A DNA stretch of 36,221 bases from Octopus bimaculoides (GCF_001194135.2 NC_068985.1:26498016-26534236), one strand, 5' to 3'. Positions 1-12,629 are shown, numbered from the stretch's first letter. Made by a program: numbers and translations. The notes: generated from the sequence alone by a model not told the origin.

Positions 1-249
1 GAAACCGGATGGCAACACCAGGCTCCAATCTAATTTGGCAGAGTTTCTACAGCTGGATGCCCTTCCTAACGCCAACCACTCAGAGAGTGTAGTGGGTGCT
101 TTTACGTGTCACCCGCACGAAAACGGCCATGCTCGAAATGGTGTCTTTTATGTGCCACCCGCACAAGCCAGTCCAGGGGCACTGGCAACGATCTCACTCG
201 AAAATCCTACGGGAGCCAGTCAGGTGGTACTGGCAACGGCCACGCTCAT
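1..249 (-). mobile_element. SINE fragment (family ending ...ccaacccatgc(t/c)agcatgga...cgttaaa(c/t)gatgatgat), cut by the window start
   Basis: 1-115 is nearly identical to 25733-25826 and to the reverse complement of about 29960-30050 (ctacagctggatgcccttcctaacgccaaccactc). Strand is inferred from the position of the (GAT)n tail in the other copies. Confidence 0.75.
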
Positions 250-469
250 ATATATAGGTGTGTGCGTGCGTGCGTGTGTGAATGCTTGAGAGCTAAGGTT
301 GTAGATAGAATAGAAATACTATACTAATAAGTGAATGAAAGCATAAACAAACTCAGAACACATTTACTTAAACAACTTTAAAATATACATAAGCAAACGT
401 AGACTAACATACATCCAATTGTGAACCAACTGTTGTTGTACTACTTGTTATTATTATTATTGTTTTGAT

Positions 470-655
470 TTAACTCAGCCCTGCTGAAGCAGGCCTATTG
501 TAAAGGGCATTCTAAACACATGTCCATTTTATCTTTTCATACATCTAAAAAAAATCTCACACTAAATCATCCATGGTATCCACCCCTTTTTTAAAGAGAG
601 AAATTTAGTTACTATTTCTAGCTGTTTGAACAACCATGCAGAGACACACTCATTG
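470..655 (+). mobile_element. Old interspersed repeat fragment (family with gatttggctgctatttctagcagg end)
   Basis: Similar segments at 7950-8120 (+), 11380-11520 (-), 13460-13640 (-), 14240-14350 (-) and 32840-33000 (-). Confidence 0.55.
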
Positions 656-659
656 ACTT

Positions 660-1375
660 TGATTCTTTTCATTGTTGCTGGTTGTTGGTCACATATTGGT
701 AACCTAATGTTGGTTATTGCTTGTTGCTGTGGTATGTTGCTTCACAGATAGGCTGATCATAATTAGCTGTAAATTTACACGTTGATTGGTTACTGGTTTA
801 CATATGAATTTCAGAATCAAAATAACTGGAAAAGATGATATACTATTGAATTACCAACTTAAAGCTCTTGAATTCAAATCACTGCTGAGACTTTGTTGTA
901 AATATTCCAGTTCACTTAGTTACTGGCAATAACCAGAACCTTTGAGAATGCTAACTTGGCATATACTAGTGTCCTATCTAGAAGGAGATTTTTCTCTCTG
1001 TTCAATGTCACAAAACTGTATCTTAACATCAACCTTTGAAGACTTCTTGATTGTCAAAGGCATTCCCATTATTAGACCTTTCCATAGATGGATTAGTATT
1101 AGCTGTTGGCTTATCCATAAATTGATTATTATTGCTTATAGTTTTACATGTGGGTAGATAATGGCTGTAGCTAGGACAGATCAGTATTTGTGGATAGATT
1201 AGCATTTGCTATAGCTTTTACCTGTGGATGAATTAGTATTGGCTGTTGGTTTGCATGTGGACAAATTATGGACTGTTAGTTTACATGTGGTTAACTTAAC
1301 TTTGGTTGTTGGTATACATACATATCAATTAATATTGGTTGTTGGTTTACTTTATGTAAATTAGGATTTGGTGCT
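660..1375. repeat. Degenerate minisatellite, unit about 30-35 bp (approx. ATTAGTATTGGCTGTTGGTTTACATGTGGA)
   Basis: Recurring ttagtattggctgttggttt/acatgtgga motifs, clearest at 1090-1375. Read by eye. Confidence 0.5.
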
Positions 1376-1379
1376 GTTT

Positions 1380-2320
1380 TATGTAAAATCCTTTCAACAC
1401 TGTCTGACCAAGGGTTCCATCAGTCTCTTGTCTCTTCTTGTCAAACTGCACTATCACAGCATTTGCTGACAGAGCTTTCTCTGATACCACACTCTATCAA
1501 CTTTGGTTGTATACCAAAGTTCAGTTTCATCCCTCACACTCTTTCTCCCTATGCATCAATGACCTGCAAGTTGTTACAATCAACAGTCTTCAATCTTATG
1601 CAGATGATATCACTCTTCATTCTTCTCTAACCTTCAGCATGCTAGTAGAATTCACATGAATCTAAATACCTCAAACTAAACCTACATCCCCTGGTGGGAT
1701 TATATCAGTTTTGTCTTAACAAAAATATACAATCACTAAAAAAAATCAAAAAAACCTTATCACACCTACTCCACGAAACATGACCAACACTCAGTTAGAA
1801 TGTCTCAAGATGCTCCGACTCACCATCAGTGAGAAGCTCACCTGACAGAGGAAAGACTGCTTTCTTACTCAGGGTCAGAAAATACTTCCCCTACCCCCAT
1901 CAGTTACTAATTTTGTGAAGAGCTCAATTAAGATCAATAATGGGTATTGCTTCTATATATATAAAATGGTGCTGCTACTACACACACTGACTTTCTAGTT
2001 CACATTTAAAGTAAAGCTACTTGACTGTTTGGTAAGAGGTTCCTGATTGATACAGTCTTTGACTCACGGATATGCTGGCTTCTTTCTGCTTTTTTGACTG
2101 CAACTACAATGGCTGCTGTCCTAAAGCCAGTCAGTTTTGTGCCATCTCTATTGACCAATCATAGCAAGTCCACTCTGTTCTTCTCTGCTCTCCCTCAAGT
2201 CTCACTGGGACCAATACATCCAGTCTTTCCTCACTAGAATATTGGTCCTCTGGAATTCATTTTCTGCTCATGATTTTCTTGCAACTGTTTAAGCAGAAGG
2301 TTAATGGCATCAATTTCTCT
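1380..2320 (+). mobile_element. Decayed CR1/Jockey-group LINE, RT domain through 3' end
   Basis: Translates to FSLCINDLQVVTINSLQSYADDITLHSS (RT YADD motif), later LTISEKLT*, and QYIQSFLTRILVLWNSF...LQLFKQKVNGINF, typical of CR1-group ORF2 C-termini. Many stops and frameshifts. Confidence 0.8.
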
Positions 2321-2869
2321 GGTCTTGGTATGGTAATTTATTGTATTAGTTTTGGATGGATGAATTGCTTTTGCTTATTGTAGTTGAATTTGAACTCTGA
2401 TCTATAAATTATTGAGAAATTCAGAACAATTAAATCTTGTCTTTTGACCTACATGGAGTCATCATCATTCTGGTTTTAAATCTAACACCTTATGAGATCA
2501 GTGAATCTTATCACTTGGTTAGCTTTCTAAGTATGTCTCACTTATGTTGATTTGGTTAAGAATTTGGAAAATGAAGTTCATAGCACATGAGATAGTATAC
2601 ATTTCGCTACTGCCAGTCTTGATTGATTAATTGGTTGTTTCTGTAAGGTATTCCTTACAACATTGTTTTTGGTATGTCTTAGCTACTCAAGATATCCACA
2701 TCTTGTACTCTTTTTTATAGGAAAATGTGGTTCTACTACTGAGAGTTATCAAAGCCGTGTTTATACAATTGCGTGTAGGATCAAACTATATATAGTTTAC
2801 CTTGGTGCATATTTACTGCTTGATAAACTGATCATTGAAAGTTAAGTTTCTTTACTTTTGTGATATTGT

Positions 2870-3020
2870 GATGAGGTTAAGAAATTAGCTTCACGTTCTC
2901 ATGGTTCTGAGTTTCATCTTGCTGCCTAGATATTTGGGATCAAATCCACAAGTGTCTTATACCATAGCCTTTGCAGTGAGTAAAATTATGTAGAAGGAAA
3001 CTGCAGAAATCTGTTGGACG
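2870..3020 (+). mobile_element. Old tRNA-derived SINE 5' fragment
   Basis: Degenerate match to the head of the 14355-14778 copy (catggttctgagttt...caagtgtcttataccatagcc...gtagaaggaaactg). Confidence 0.55.
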
Positions 3021-4116
3021 GATTGTATCAGTTTTTGTGTGGTGATCTTAATTTGTCACCCAGTTATCTGGCTTTTGGTTGCTTTCAGCTGGGTCTATTT
3101 TGTTGCAAGCATTTGGACAAGGTTTCTAGCCTGAGGATACCTCAATATTGTAATGTGCTGCTTCTTATTGCAGCAACCTTTGAATCATAGTTCCTATTAC
3201 TTTTTCTATCATCAGCCTCAGTGACCCTACAAAGGGTCAAGTTCTTCTTCCTCTGATTAAAAATTAAAAAAATAAGTACCTTCTTGACTATAAAGACAGC
3301 AATTAAATAATGATTTGACTAACTGTAATTTAGAACATTTCACACTTTTAGAATCATAAGATTTCTTTAGCATCAGCTACAATTTGTAAAGAGAGAAAAA
3401 GTGATATATTATGAATGCAATATTTGAAAGAAGAGAATGCAAAGAGAAAATGTGGTTACCATTTAAGAATTGGGTATATAGTAATATAGCAGAAAAGGAG
3501 TGGTTGTAATAAATCATAATTGAGAATAATTTTTTTTACAATTTAGCAGTAATTTTATGATTTGAATAGGGGGGAAAAATAGATATGTAACTAAATAAAA
3601 AAATGAAAATGTTTTTATTCAAAACTGAAATATTATGTTTAAAAATAGTTTAAATCATTTCCTATTGGTGAATATACTAACCCAAATATTCCCTGAAATA
3701 TTCTTTTATTGCATATATTTACTGATGATCATACCTTCACTGCATCTAATGTATGTATGTATGTCTTGTAATCTAAAATCCTGATGGAGATACTCAGTAT
3801 CATAAAAATATCTGTAACAAAACATATTTCTGGAAGATCTGTTTACATAACAGGGTGCTGGAATACAAACCAATTCAACTGTAAAGGAGGGGTGGTGTCT
3901 ATTTTTCAACTAGGTTGACCAAAGTAAGCAGAATAATATATCTTACCCCTAGAGATGCTAATGTGGTGGCAGCAGCACTATTTTAAATTGTTGTCCTGTC
4001 TCCTATAAAACAACATAGTTGTAAGCTCATCTACATGCATGTGTGTGTGTGTGTGTGTTTGATGACTTGGTTTCATTTGATAATAGATTCTGGGAAACTA
4101 GCAACGCATCTATGTA

Positions 4117-5125
4117 TTAGGGTGTTCAGAAAATAATTGCGTTTTTTCACCACTATGAAATATGAATCAACCAATCACGTCATAACCAAGGACGAATGCA
4201 TGGGAAACTGTCTAGAAATAGTATATCATCTCTTCTATCTGGCAGTGAGTCATTCATAGTTATTTTGGTAATTAACCCCATGGAGAATAAGAACTTTATG
4301 AAACAACATATTCACCATTGCTTACTGTATGAAATTCGAAAGAAAAGTACCACTACAGAAGCAATGAAAAACATTGTAAAGTTACCTGGATGCAGTGAAA
4401 GCTTGTAAATGTCAGCTGTGGTTTAAAAAATTTAAAGATGGTGATTGTGACATGTCCAACAAACCTTACTCTGGAAGACGGCCCACTCCAAATGACAAAT
4501 GAGACTGTTGTATCAGATCTACATCAAAGCACCAGAGATTTGGTGCAAAAATTTAATGTATCGTGTCCAACTATCCACGAACATCTCAAGTAAATTGGGA
4601 AAACATGCAAAGAGCTTATGCTTGAGAACCGAACACAACGTTCCACCATCTGCAGTAGTCTTCTAACCAGGAATAACAACCTGTCATTTTTGCAGTGCAT
4701 TGTTACAGATGATGAAAAATGGGTTTTGCATCACAACAGAAAATGAAAAAGAGAATGGTTATCATGTAATGAAAAGCCAGTGCTGACACCGAAACCAAAA
4801 CTCCATCCATGAAAATCCTTGCTCTGTGTTTGGTGGAACATGAAAGGTATCGTTCATTATGAGCACAGGAACATGGAAGGGCCATCAATGCAGATGTCTA
4901 TTGCCACGAACTTGATCGTGTAAATGAAAAATTACGTCAAAAGTGGCCAGCTTTGGTAATCAGAAAAGGTGTTGTTCTCCAGCATGACAATTCACAGCCA
5001 CACTCTTCAAAACAAACCCAAGTAAAAAATAAGATCTATAGGATGGGAAGTTCTTCAACATCCTCCATATTCACATGACTTACCATCTATGGATTTCTAT
5101 CTGTTCCAATCACTAGGATATCATG
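4117..5125 (+). mobile_element. Mariner (Tc1/mariner) transposon relic with left TIR and pseudogenised transposase; 3' end lost
   Basis: TA at 4115-4116 followed by TTAGGGTGTTCAGAAAATAATTGCGTTTTTT (Hsmar1-like TIR). Reconstructed peptide has MENKNFMKQHIHHCLLYEIRK, WFKKFKDGD, IVTDDEKWV (4699-4725), LCVWWNMKGIVHYE, LQHDNSQPH (about 4977-5003) and GWEVLQHPPYSHDLPSMDFYLF. Multiple stops and frameshifts. Confidence 0.95.
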
Positions 5126-5339
5126 TATATATATATTTATGTATATACATATACATATATATGTACATGTACACAAGACTGTATTACTTCATAGCTGATC
5201 CTCAGAAACATAAATCTAATGTTAGGCATTCCAAAAATAATAGACTTCCAGCTTGATGTTCCCTGTGAAAGTGGTGAGATGACATTTGGTAAAGAAAGTT
5301 AATTTATGTTCCTTGACTAGTGTAGATGATGATACAGTC

Positions 5340-5610
5340 TCCATTTATCGCAGACTTGCAATGTCAGTCCCATGTACTTAAAACTGTGTAGAGTGTAAAA
5401 TGTAATGTGTATGTCTTGTGCTACCTACATTCAGATACTCCCAACATGCTCATCTCTTCTCCCATCACTGGTGTAGCAACTGATCCCTTAGACTCTTCTG
5501 TAACCACTTTACCTAGTCCTTCCTTCTCAGAACATTAGTCCTCTGGAATCTTCTCCCTGCTTATATCTTTCCTGCATCAGTTTCACAGGTCTTGGACGGC
5601 TTGCAAAGGT
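5340..5610 (+). mobile_element. CR1-group LINE 3' end fragment
   Basis: ttctcagaacattagtcctctggaatcttctccctgcttatatctttcctgca parallels 2230-2285 (SF.RT..LWN.LPA.IFP motif). Confidence 0.6.
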
Positions 5611-6439
5611 CATGGGTATTACCTCTTTCTCTAGAACCAGCAAGTAAAAACTAAAAAAGTGTTTTTAAACAGCAATGTAACTGCTTGAAAAGCCAGTCAA
5701 TAAATAATGAAGTGAGTAAAAGCTAATCTGCACGGTCTTTTAATTCTTTTGTTACATATTTTTGTTGTTACATACTTTTGTTTCAGTTGATTTTGAAAAT
5801 AAAGGATTCAGGAAAATAATTATTAAACTGGGTTTGGAACATAAATTAGCATGGAATTTTGATTGAAGGTTTTATTTAGATAATTTTAAAATGGGAAGCT
5901 TACGTCATAGAACTACAGTCTGCTTCAGGCAGGTTAGTATCAAGAGTTAAAATAACATTATTGACTAATATAGGAAGTAGTTTTAAGAATAATCTGTTTC
6001 TAAATCAGTCCATTACTGGTAGATAGCCAGGAGTCTTTCTGCTGTTGAAATACAGATTTTACTGGTTCAATGTGAACTCTAGTCTTAACAGAAAACAACA
6101 ATAAATACCTCATATGAAACTCACAAGCAGGTTTTGCTAACACAAAGAAAGTTTGGGTTCACAACAAGCAAAATGAAATTCAATTATTTTAGTTTGTTAT
6201 ACCTCCAGTCCTATTTTTTGCAAAGACTATTGGTGTAAATTCAAAGTTACTATTTCTAGGAGGGCAAACGACCGTATAAAACCTCCCATTTTGACTTCTA
6301 TATATAATGATGTTACAGTTGCAGCAGAAATCTTAACTAATTTTCATTGTTTAAAATTGCAATAATTGCAACATATCTTGTATGTTAGACTAATGGTGTA
6401 CCATTGCTTGTGTTAAGTCTTCAGATTTAGTGGAGCAGA

Positions 6440-7026
6440 ACTGATGGGGCAGCATATTAATGTAGTGGTGTTGGTGGTAGTAAAGATAACAATAGTGGAG
6501 GTGGTGATGCTATTAACTTTCCAACAAAAATAACAACTGGTATTGTGATGATTGAATTGCCGTGCTGATAGAAGCGAAAATATCACGGGTAGAGATGATA
6601 TCCAAGTAAATAATATCCGGGTAGGATAAAAACAAAAGAGGAAAGAAAAAAAAAAAACAGAGAGAGATGAGTGAATGGGTGAGGGGAGGGATAAGTGTGA
6701 CAAGAAACGTGATAGAAGGGAGTATGGTGAATTGTAGTATATGTTAAGTATGTTTGTATGATTGTGTGTGAGCATGGAGGTGTTTATGCGTATGATGAGA
6801 GAGGTAACACAATAATGGGTGGTGTTTGTTTGTGTGTATGCATGTGTGTGTGTGTATGCAAGACATCTTATAGTGCAAGCATGTGTGTGTGTTTGAGTGG
6901 CAGGTGATGGCTAGTGAAGTAAATAAAGTGAATTGTGCATGTGTTTAAGTGTATGTGTGTGTGCAGGTTGAGTAAGGCATGATGTTAATGGATGGTGTGT
7001 ATGTGTGTGTATGTGTGTGTGTGTGT

Positions 7027-7057
<31 letters not shown>

Positions 7058-7088
7058 CAGGTTGAGTAAGGCATGATGTTAATGGATG

Positions 7089-7130
<42 letters not shown>

Positions 7131-7270
7131 CATGTTAGTGTAGGATAGGTTATGGTATGTGAGTACGGATTGTGAATGTGGGTGGTGTAAGGTGTGTGCA
7201 TGTAAAAATGGTGTGAGTGAGTGTATGGGTGGAAAAGTGTGTTTTAGTAGAAAATAAGTCAGTTGTTAAG
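6440..7270. repeat. GT-rich low-complexity region with (GT)n/(GA)n microsatellites and an internal duplication
   Basis: Directly visible; it generates the spurious THTHTH ORFs on the - strand. Confidence 0.85.
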
Positions 7271-7383
7271 ATATAAGTTGCTGTTTGGACACTTGTTGGA
7301 CATTCTACACAACAATATCTGGGGGCCACCACTTCTATTTTTTGAGTCACTTCCACCTGTATCTGTCTGTCTCAAGGGTTATC

Positions 7384-7728
7384 CAGTTGTTTTCAACCAG
7401 AGTCCATATGCCCCCTGAGGGTTCATATAAGATTTTTGTGAGTCCATGCAGCAAAATAGTAAATTGGATATCCAGAATAGTATTTGAAGGGCCCCTGAAA
7501 AAAATTTTGCTTCAGATGTATGTATTGGTATTCATTGCAAGAAACAGCTAGGTTTCTTTCTCTATCATTTTACATAGTTCAACCTACACAAGTTAATGTG
7601 TGAAAAGCAAAATAGGAATTTTGAAAGAAGTTTCTATAAAACTAGTTTTTAAACATCAAATGGCAAGGGGGTCCACTAGACTAAAATAATAATCAAAGGG
7701 ATCCATAGATAAAAAATGAGAACCCCTG
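7384..7728. mobile_element. hAT-type MITE
   Basis: Ends cagttgttttcaacc ... atgagaacccctg, resembling CAGGGGTTCTCAA-type TIRs. TSD is not recognisable. Confidence 0.55.
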
Positions 7729-8404
7729 GACAATACCATGATACTCCTAGGTTTTCCTTGAAATTATCTCTCCTGCTTTTGAGAGTTGCTGCTAGGTTTT
7801 TGTTTTCTTTCTCCAACTAAGAAGCAAATTTTAAGTTTCTTTAAGCATTAAACATATGAGAGAATTATCTTCCTTCTGGTGAAGGCACCAATATATTGTG
7901 GGCAACTATTCCTAGGAAAAAGAAAATGCTGCTATTGTTGCTATTGTCGTTGTTGTTTAACCCCTAACCCTGACCAAGCAGATTTATGATAAAAAGCATT
8001 GTAGCCATGAACATCCTGTCATTTTGTATGTAAGTGACTACATTGTGCAATTTGTTTTTTTTTTCTTTAACAGATGGTAGCTTGAGAGTGATTCAGTTGC
8101 TATCTTTAGCATATTAGGCGAACCTATATAACTTCTTTATCAACTCAGTGGCTCCCTTGTTGGTTCAACAGGTTCATTTTCTAAGTGGTTAGAAATAATT
8201 GTTTGTTTAGAGACCTTTAAAAAATGCCTGGAAATATATGGAAATAAATTCTTTACACATTTGACTTTAGCTTCCAAAACAAATTCAGTCCAAACAATCT
8301 TCACTGCAAAATTCAGTATATTTACTCAGATATTGTTTGGTATTATGCATAATTTAGCTTCAGTTGCTTTTTGTGCAGGCTGTAGCACATTGTATTTATT
8401 ATTT

Positions 8405-8475
8405 ACATAGCCCTCAGTCAAATCGTCCAACCCATGCTAGCATGGAAAGCAGACGTTAAACAATGATGATGATGT
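8405..8475 (+). mobile_element. SINE 3' tail fragment ending in (GAT)n
   Basis: cgtccaacccatgctagcatggaaagcagacgttaaacaatgatgatgatg matches the tail at 30080-30135. Confidence 0.75.
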
Positions 8476-10139
8476 TTAAGTTAAAATAAGGGGGTCATGT
8501 GATTGCATATACTGAGAAGTAGAATCACAATCATCCAGTTTCTATGTGTACTCATTAATTTAGGCTCCAATACTCATTTTCATCAAAGCAAGACTATGAT
8601 ATTATTGAAAGGATTGGGTTAGTATAACTAACAATTAGCATGAACAGCTGAATACTTTTCAATTAGGATAAATAGAAGCATTGTGTAGAGAAGTAGTGTC
8701 AAGGATTCACAGACCCTAAACTCTTAAACAGACAGCTGTTTACCAATAATATCAACTTCAAATCATATATTATAGCTTTTTGCTACTGTGACATTCCAGT
8801 TTAAAAGAAATGCTGTGTTAGGTGAATTGGCATATCTCAGTATTGTTTATCTGATTAACAAACTATACTACTTGTAATGTATTATTAACCACAATGCTAT
8901 TATAAACCAATAACTCATTTTGAGCCAGATGTTTTACTAACACAACAGATTACATTTTAGTACAAACAAATTGCTAACTATGTTGCCATTTGTATTTTTA
9001 ATAAATGCTGGGAAAAATACATTCTATGAAAATTGATATCAGCCAATAAGAAAACATTAGTTGAACACATTTGGTATCTTATTTATCTCCATCTTATGCT
9101 GTTTTCTCTCCTCCACTCACTCTCAAACCTTAAGTCTCTCATCCAAATAGCTTCAGATTTCTTAATGTGTAATATTAGCTTAATGTCATATCTTACCCTT
9201 CTCTTAATTACTGATTCTGTTTTGTTTATAGTTCAGTACATTATTACATTTAGTTAGTTATTTCTGTCTAGATATATTTTCTTTTCTTTGCTGGAATCCT
9301 CTTTTACTCCTACAAACACATAAGCATTTTATTTTTGCTTCGAAATCAGTTTAAAGACATTATCTTTTTTTACATAGTCTCTTATTTATTACTGGCTGCA
9401 TGGATCAAAAATTTTGTTTCAAATATATTTGGTTGACATAACTTTATTTTATTTGTTTTTAGCTTGTGTTTTTTTATGGTATTTTGTTTTTAGTCAGAAG
9501 AGGTGGGGGAATATTCCAGACCTTTGTTGGGTGAGATTGATACACTTGATGCCCAATATAAACATCTGCAAGTGAACATTTGCAGGAAAAATGTGGGTGG
9601 AGAGGGAACCAAGTTGAAAGTCTGGTCTGAATGCTTGTAACGCAGTGAACTCAAGGATAATCAAGTATTATAGTGGTGTGTTTGTGTATTCTTCTGATGT
9701 TGGATTGGATTAGAGGCTTGTGTAAATACAGATATTGGTTAAAAATATGTGAATAGTGGCTGTTTCCTTGTAAAATAGAACCCACTTTCCAGAAAATGTG
9801 ACAAAATATGCTGCAAACTAAAGTTGATCTACAAAGAGAGGGAACAAATCCTTCAACAATTTCTATGTTTAATCAAGATTTTCCTTTTTGTTACTTGAAA
9901 GAAAACATAGAATGAAAAAATTGGAGTAACAAAGACATTATTCATCATCACTATCATCATCATCGTCGTCGTCATCATCATCATCACTGCCACTGCTGCT
10001 GCCACCACCACCTCTACTTTTTCATGTTGTATTAGTTTGACACTCGGGAATGTGAAAAAGTCCTTTATGTTTCAAGCCTACGGTCTTCAACAGAAAGGAA
10101 TAAGAAAAAATAAACAGACATATATATATATATATATAG

Positions 10140-10380
10140 TTACTAAAAAAAAATAGGAAAAACACAAGAAGAAAACTACTACACGAGGACGTTGTACATG
10201 CAAAGTATTAACAGACGCTCAGGGAAAGAAAGAAAAGTACTTTTACGTTTCGAGCAAAGCTCTTCGTCAGAAACAGGAGATGGAAGGAAGTCCAAGAGAA
10301 AAGGAACACGGAGTGACAGAAGCAATATTAACACCAAAAGATTATCTGAAAAGGTAACACTGTATTCTGTCTTCTAACAG
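10140..10380 (-). mobile_element. Penelope-like element terminal-repeat relic carrying a hammerhead motif
   Basis: Contains the hammerhead core described below and sits beside a (TA)n run. The association of minimal hammerheads with PLE repeats is established, but assigning this element to PLEs is inference. Confidence 0.45.
10241..10274 (-). ncRNA. Minimal type I hammerhead ribozyme motif (PLE-type, dimer-dependent stem III)
   Basis: The - strand reads GUUU-CUGACGA-A-GAGC-UUU-GCUC-GAA-AC-GU-A-AAA. It has the conserved CUGANGA and GAAA cores, 4-bp stem II, palindromic ACGU stem III, a GUA cleavage triplet and a 3-bp stem I. Confidence 0.65.
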
Positions 10381-10775
10381 GACCTCCATATTAAGTTGGA
10401 GATCAAAATTATCTTTTGGTATTTATACTGCTTCTATTGCTATTAATTATTTTTTAATACTCCACTTTCTATTTGTGATACCAGTGTGTCAATACATCTG
10501 AGATTCCATACATCTTTGACAGGAGATTTAGCTATTATTTTGCTGCTGGATATCTGTGACCGACGAACCCATAGCAGGGTGAAATCATGTGATCTGGCAG
10601 TTCTGATGGCATAAATAACTACTTCCAAAAAGTCCCATCCAACCCATGTCATCATTGAAAAAGTAGATGCAACTTCATGAAAATGATAATGATTACATTT
10701 TGAAAATCCTGATAGGGAAAGTCTTTTAATAATCAATCTATATTGTATATAGAAAACTATATAGTAATATTGATG

Positions 10776-10776
<1 letters not shown>

Positions 10777-10820
<44 letters not shown>
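10777..10820. repeat. (TAA)n microsatellite
   Basis: Direct observation. Confidence 0.97.
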
Positions 10821-10985
10821 GACTAAGCTGGCACATTTTTTTATCATTCTTATTTTCCATTTTCATTCTGGCCTGCTCCATTGGTTCCTTTGAAGTAAGT
10901 CTGCCACATAGGACTCTGTTGATTACTTACTCTGCTGAAAATAGTAGACAAAGATATCCTACTTTCTTGAAAAACAAGATGACAT

Positions 10986-11173
10986 ACTCTTTTACTTGTT
11001 TCAGTCATTTAACTGCGGCCATGCTGGAGCACCGCCTTTAGTCAAGCAAAGCAACCCCAGGACATATTCTTTGTAAGCCTAGTACTTATTCTATTGGTCT
11101 CTTTTGCCGAACCGCTAAGTTACGGGGACGTAAACACACCAGCATCGGTTGTCAAGCGATGTTGGGGGGACAA

Positions 11174-11224
<51 letters not shown>

Positions 11225-11378
11225 CGATGATCTTCTTTCAGTTTCCGGCTACCAAATCCACTCACAAGGCTTTGATCGGCCCGAGGCTATAGTAGAAGAC
11301 ACTTGCCCAAAGTGCCACGCAGTGGGACTGAACCTGGAACCATGTGGTTGGTAAGCAAGCTACTTACCACACAGCCAT
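10986..11378 (-). mobile_element. tRNA-derived composite SINE with central (CA)/(TA) microsatellite; well-preserved copy
   Basis: Reverse complement begins tggctgtgtggtaag (A box) ... ggttcagtccc (B box) and ends tgactgaaacaagtaaaagag. Matches 14355-14778. CpGs retained. Confidence 0.92.
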
Positions 11379-11904
11379 GAACAATAGTTTTGGCCACTTC
11401 TAAAAATATGAGATGGTCAAATCTGCAATATTTTTGATTATAGCACTTCATGAACAGGGCTGATCTGGGGCTAAACACCATCAGGACTTCCTCTTTTTTG
11501 TCTGATATTCTCTTACTCAGCCGAGTTTTGTTGGTTGTCATTCTCTGATGCTTTGCACACACAGGTACATGTATACCATTAACATTGGGAATTAAAACAC
11601 TGCATGAAATAGATGTTTATGAGTTCAGTACTAACCTAAAAAACCACATGTACACATATAAGATTATATAAGTCACCTTTAATTTTAATTTAACGGCTTG
11701 TGCAGACGATGAATAGCAGTGTCTATGATACTTCACTTTTCAAAGCCTGAGCTTAGTGAGAAGGAATAGCGACAGTTATACTCAGACCAAGGCCTGGCTT
11801 GAATACTTTCTACTGAGTGGACTCAGCTAAAGACACACATGGATCAGATGGGAGGGGAAACTAGGTGACACTTAATGTTACCATTCAGTAACAAAAACAA
11901 ACTG

Positions 11905-12068
11905 TCAGTCCACTGGGCTTCCACACAGTTTCCAGCTTCTAAATTTTACTTACAGGGCTTTGGTTGATCCAAGATTATGATAGAAGAAACTTGCCCAAGG
12001 TACCACACAATAGGATCTAACTGGAAATTACATATTCTCAAAATGAACTCCATAACTACACAGCCATT
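11905..12068 (-). mobile_element. Old SINE head fragment (same superfamily as 10986-11378)
   Basis: gaagaaacttgcccaaggtaccacaca...actacacagccat matches the head region. Confidence 0.65.
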
Positions 12069-12629
12069 CTTGTGAATGAAGGCTAAATTATTCAGAATCT
12101 GTTTTGTGGGAAAATAAAGCACAACAAAACATAAAATATCCAAGCTTTATTTCGCATTTGTTCCAACAACAGTTCATACAGATATCTAAATTTACAGACT
12201 AATCAAGATATTCCATGCTAAGATGGAAGAAATAGATGTGAAAAAACACTCAAAATAAATACATAAACAAAAACTAAAATGATACCCCACTGAGAAGGAA
12301 ATGGCCTGATGAGTTGTCAGTCTATGCAGCAACATAAGTAGAGGAGAAACTGAGTAGGGTTTCATTTTGAAATGGTATAGGGTTCTAAATATGTCACTTA
12401 ATAGACTTTGTATAGTGCCATGAAAGCTTTGTATACTACCAAGAACATCAACATTTCACTACATTCCTCATATTAATTACAGCAGCTTGTATTCTATGAC
12501 ATTAAGGAAACATCTGTGATTAGTGACACGGTTTGTCTTTGGTTTAGAAATAACTTGTATTTTTCTTTTAATTGTTGTGGTTGATGTTTAGCTCCGAGTC
12601 AGCCTCATTTGCTTTATTATTTTGTTCTT

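Noticed and set aside
2721-2845. Possible exon after a strong acceptor (cttgtactcttttttatAG)
   Set aside because: No frame resembles CRTAP or any family I recognise, and there is no convincing donor. It remains testable by RNA-seq.
9494-9640. Open frame SEEVGEYSRPLLGEIDTLDAQYKHLQ... after ttttgtttttAG
   Set aside because: No recognisable homology; expected by chance in 36 kb.
12306-12335. Additional hammerhead candidates from CTGATGA (also 32794-32800 on the - strand)
   Set aside because: A stem II-like pairing exists, but the required GAAA core strand is absent.
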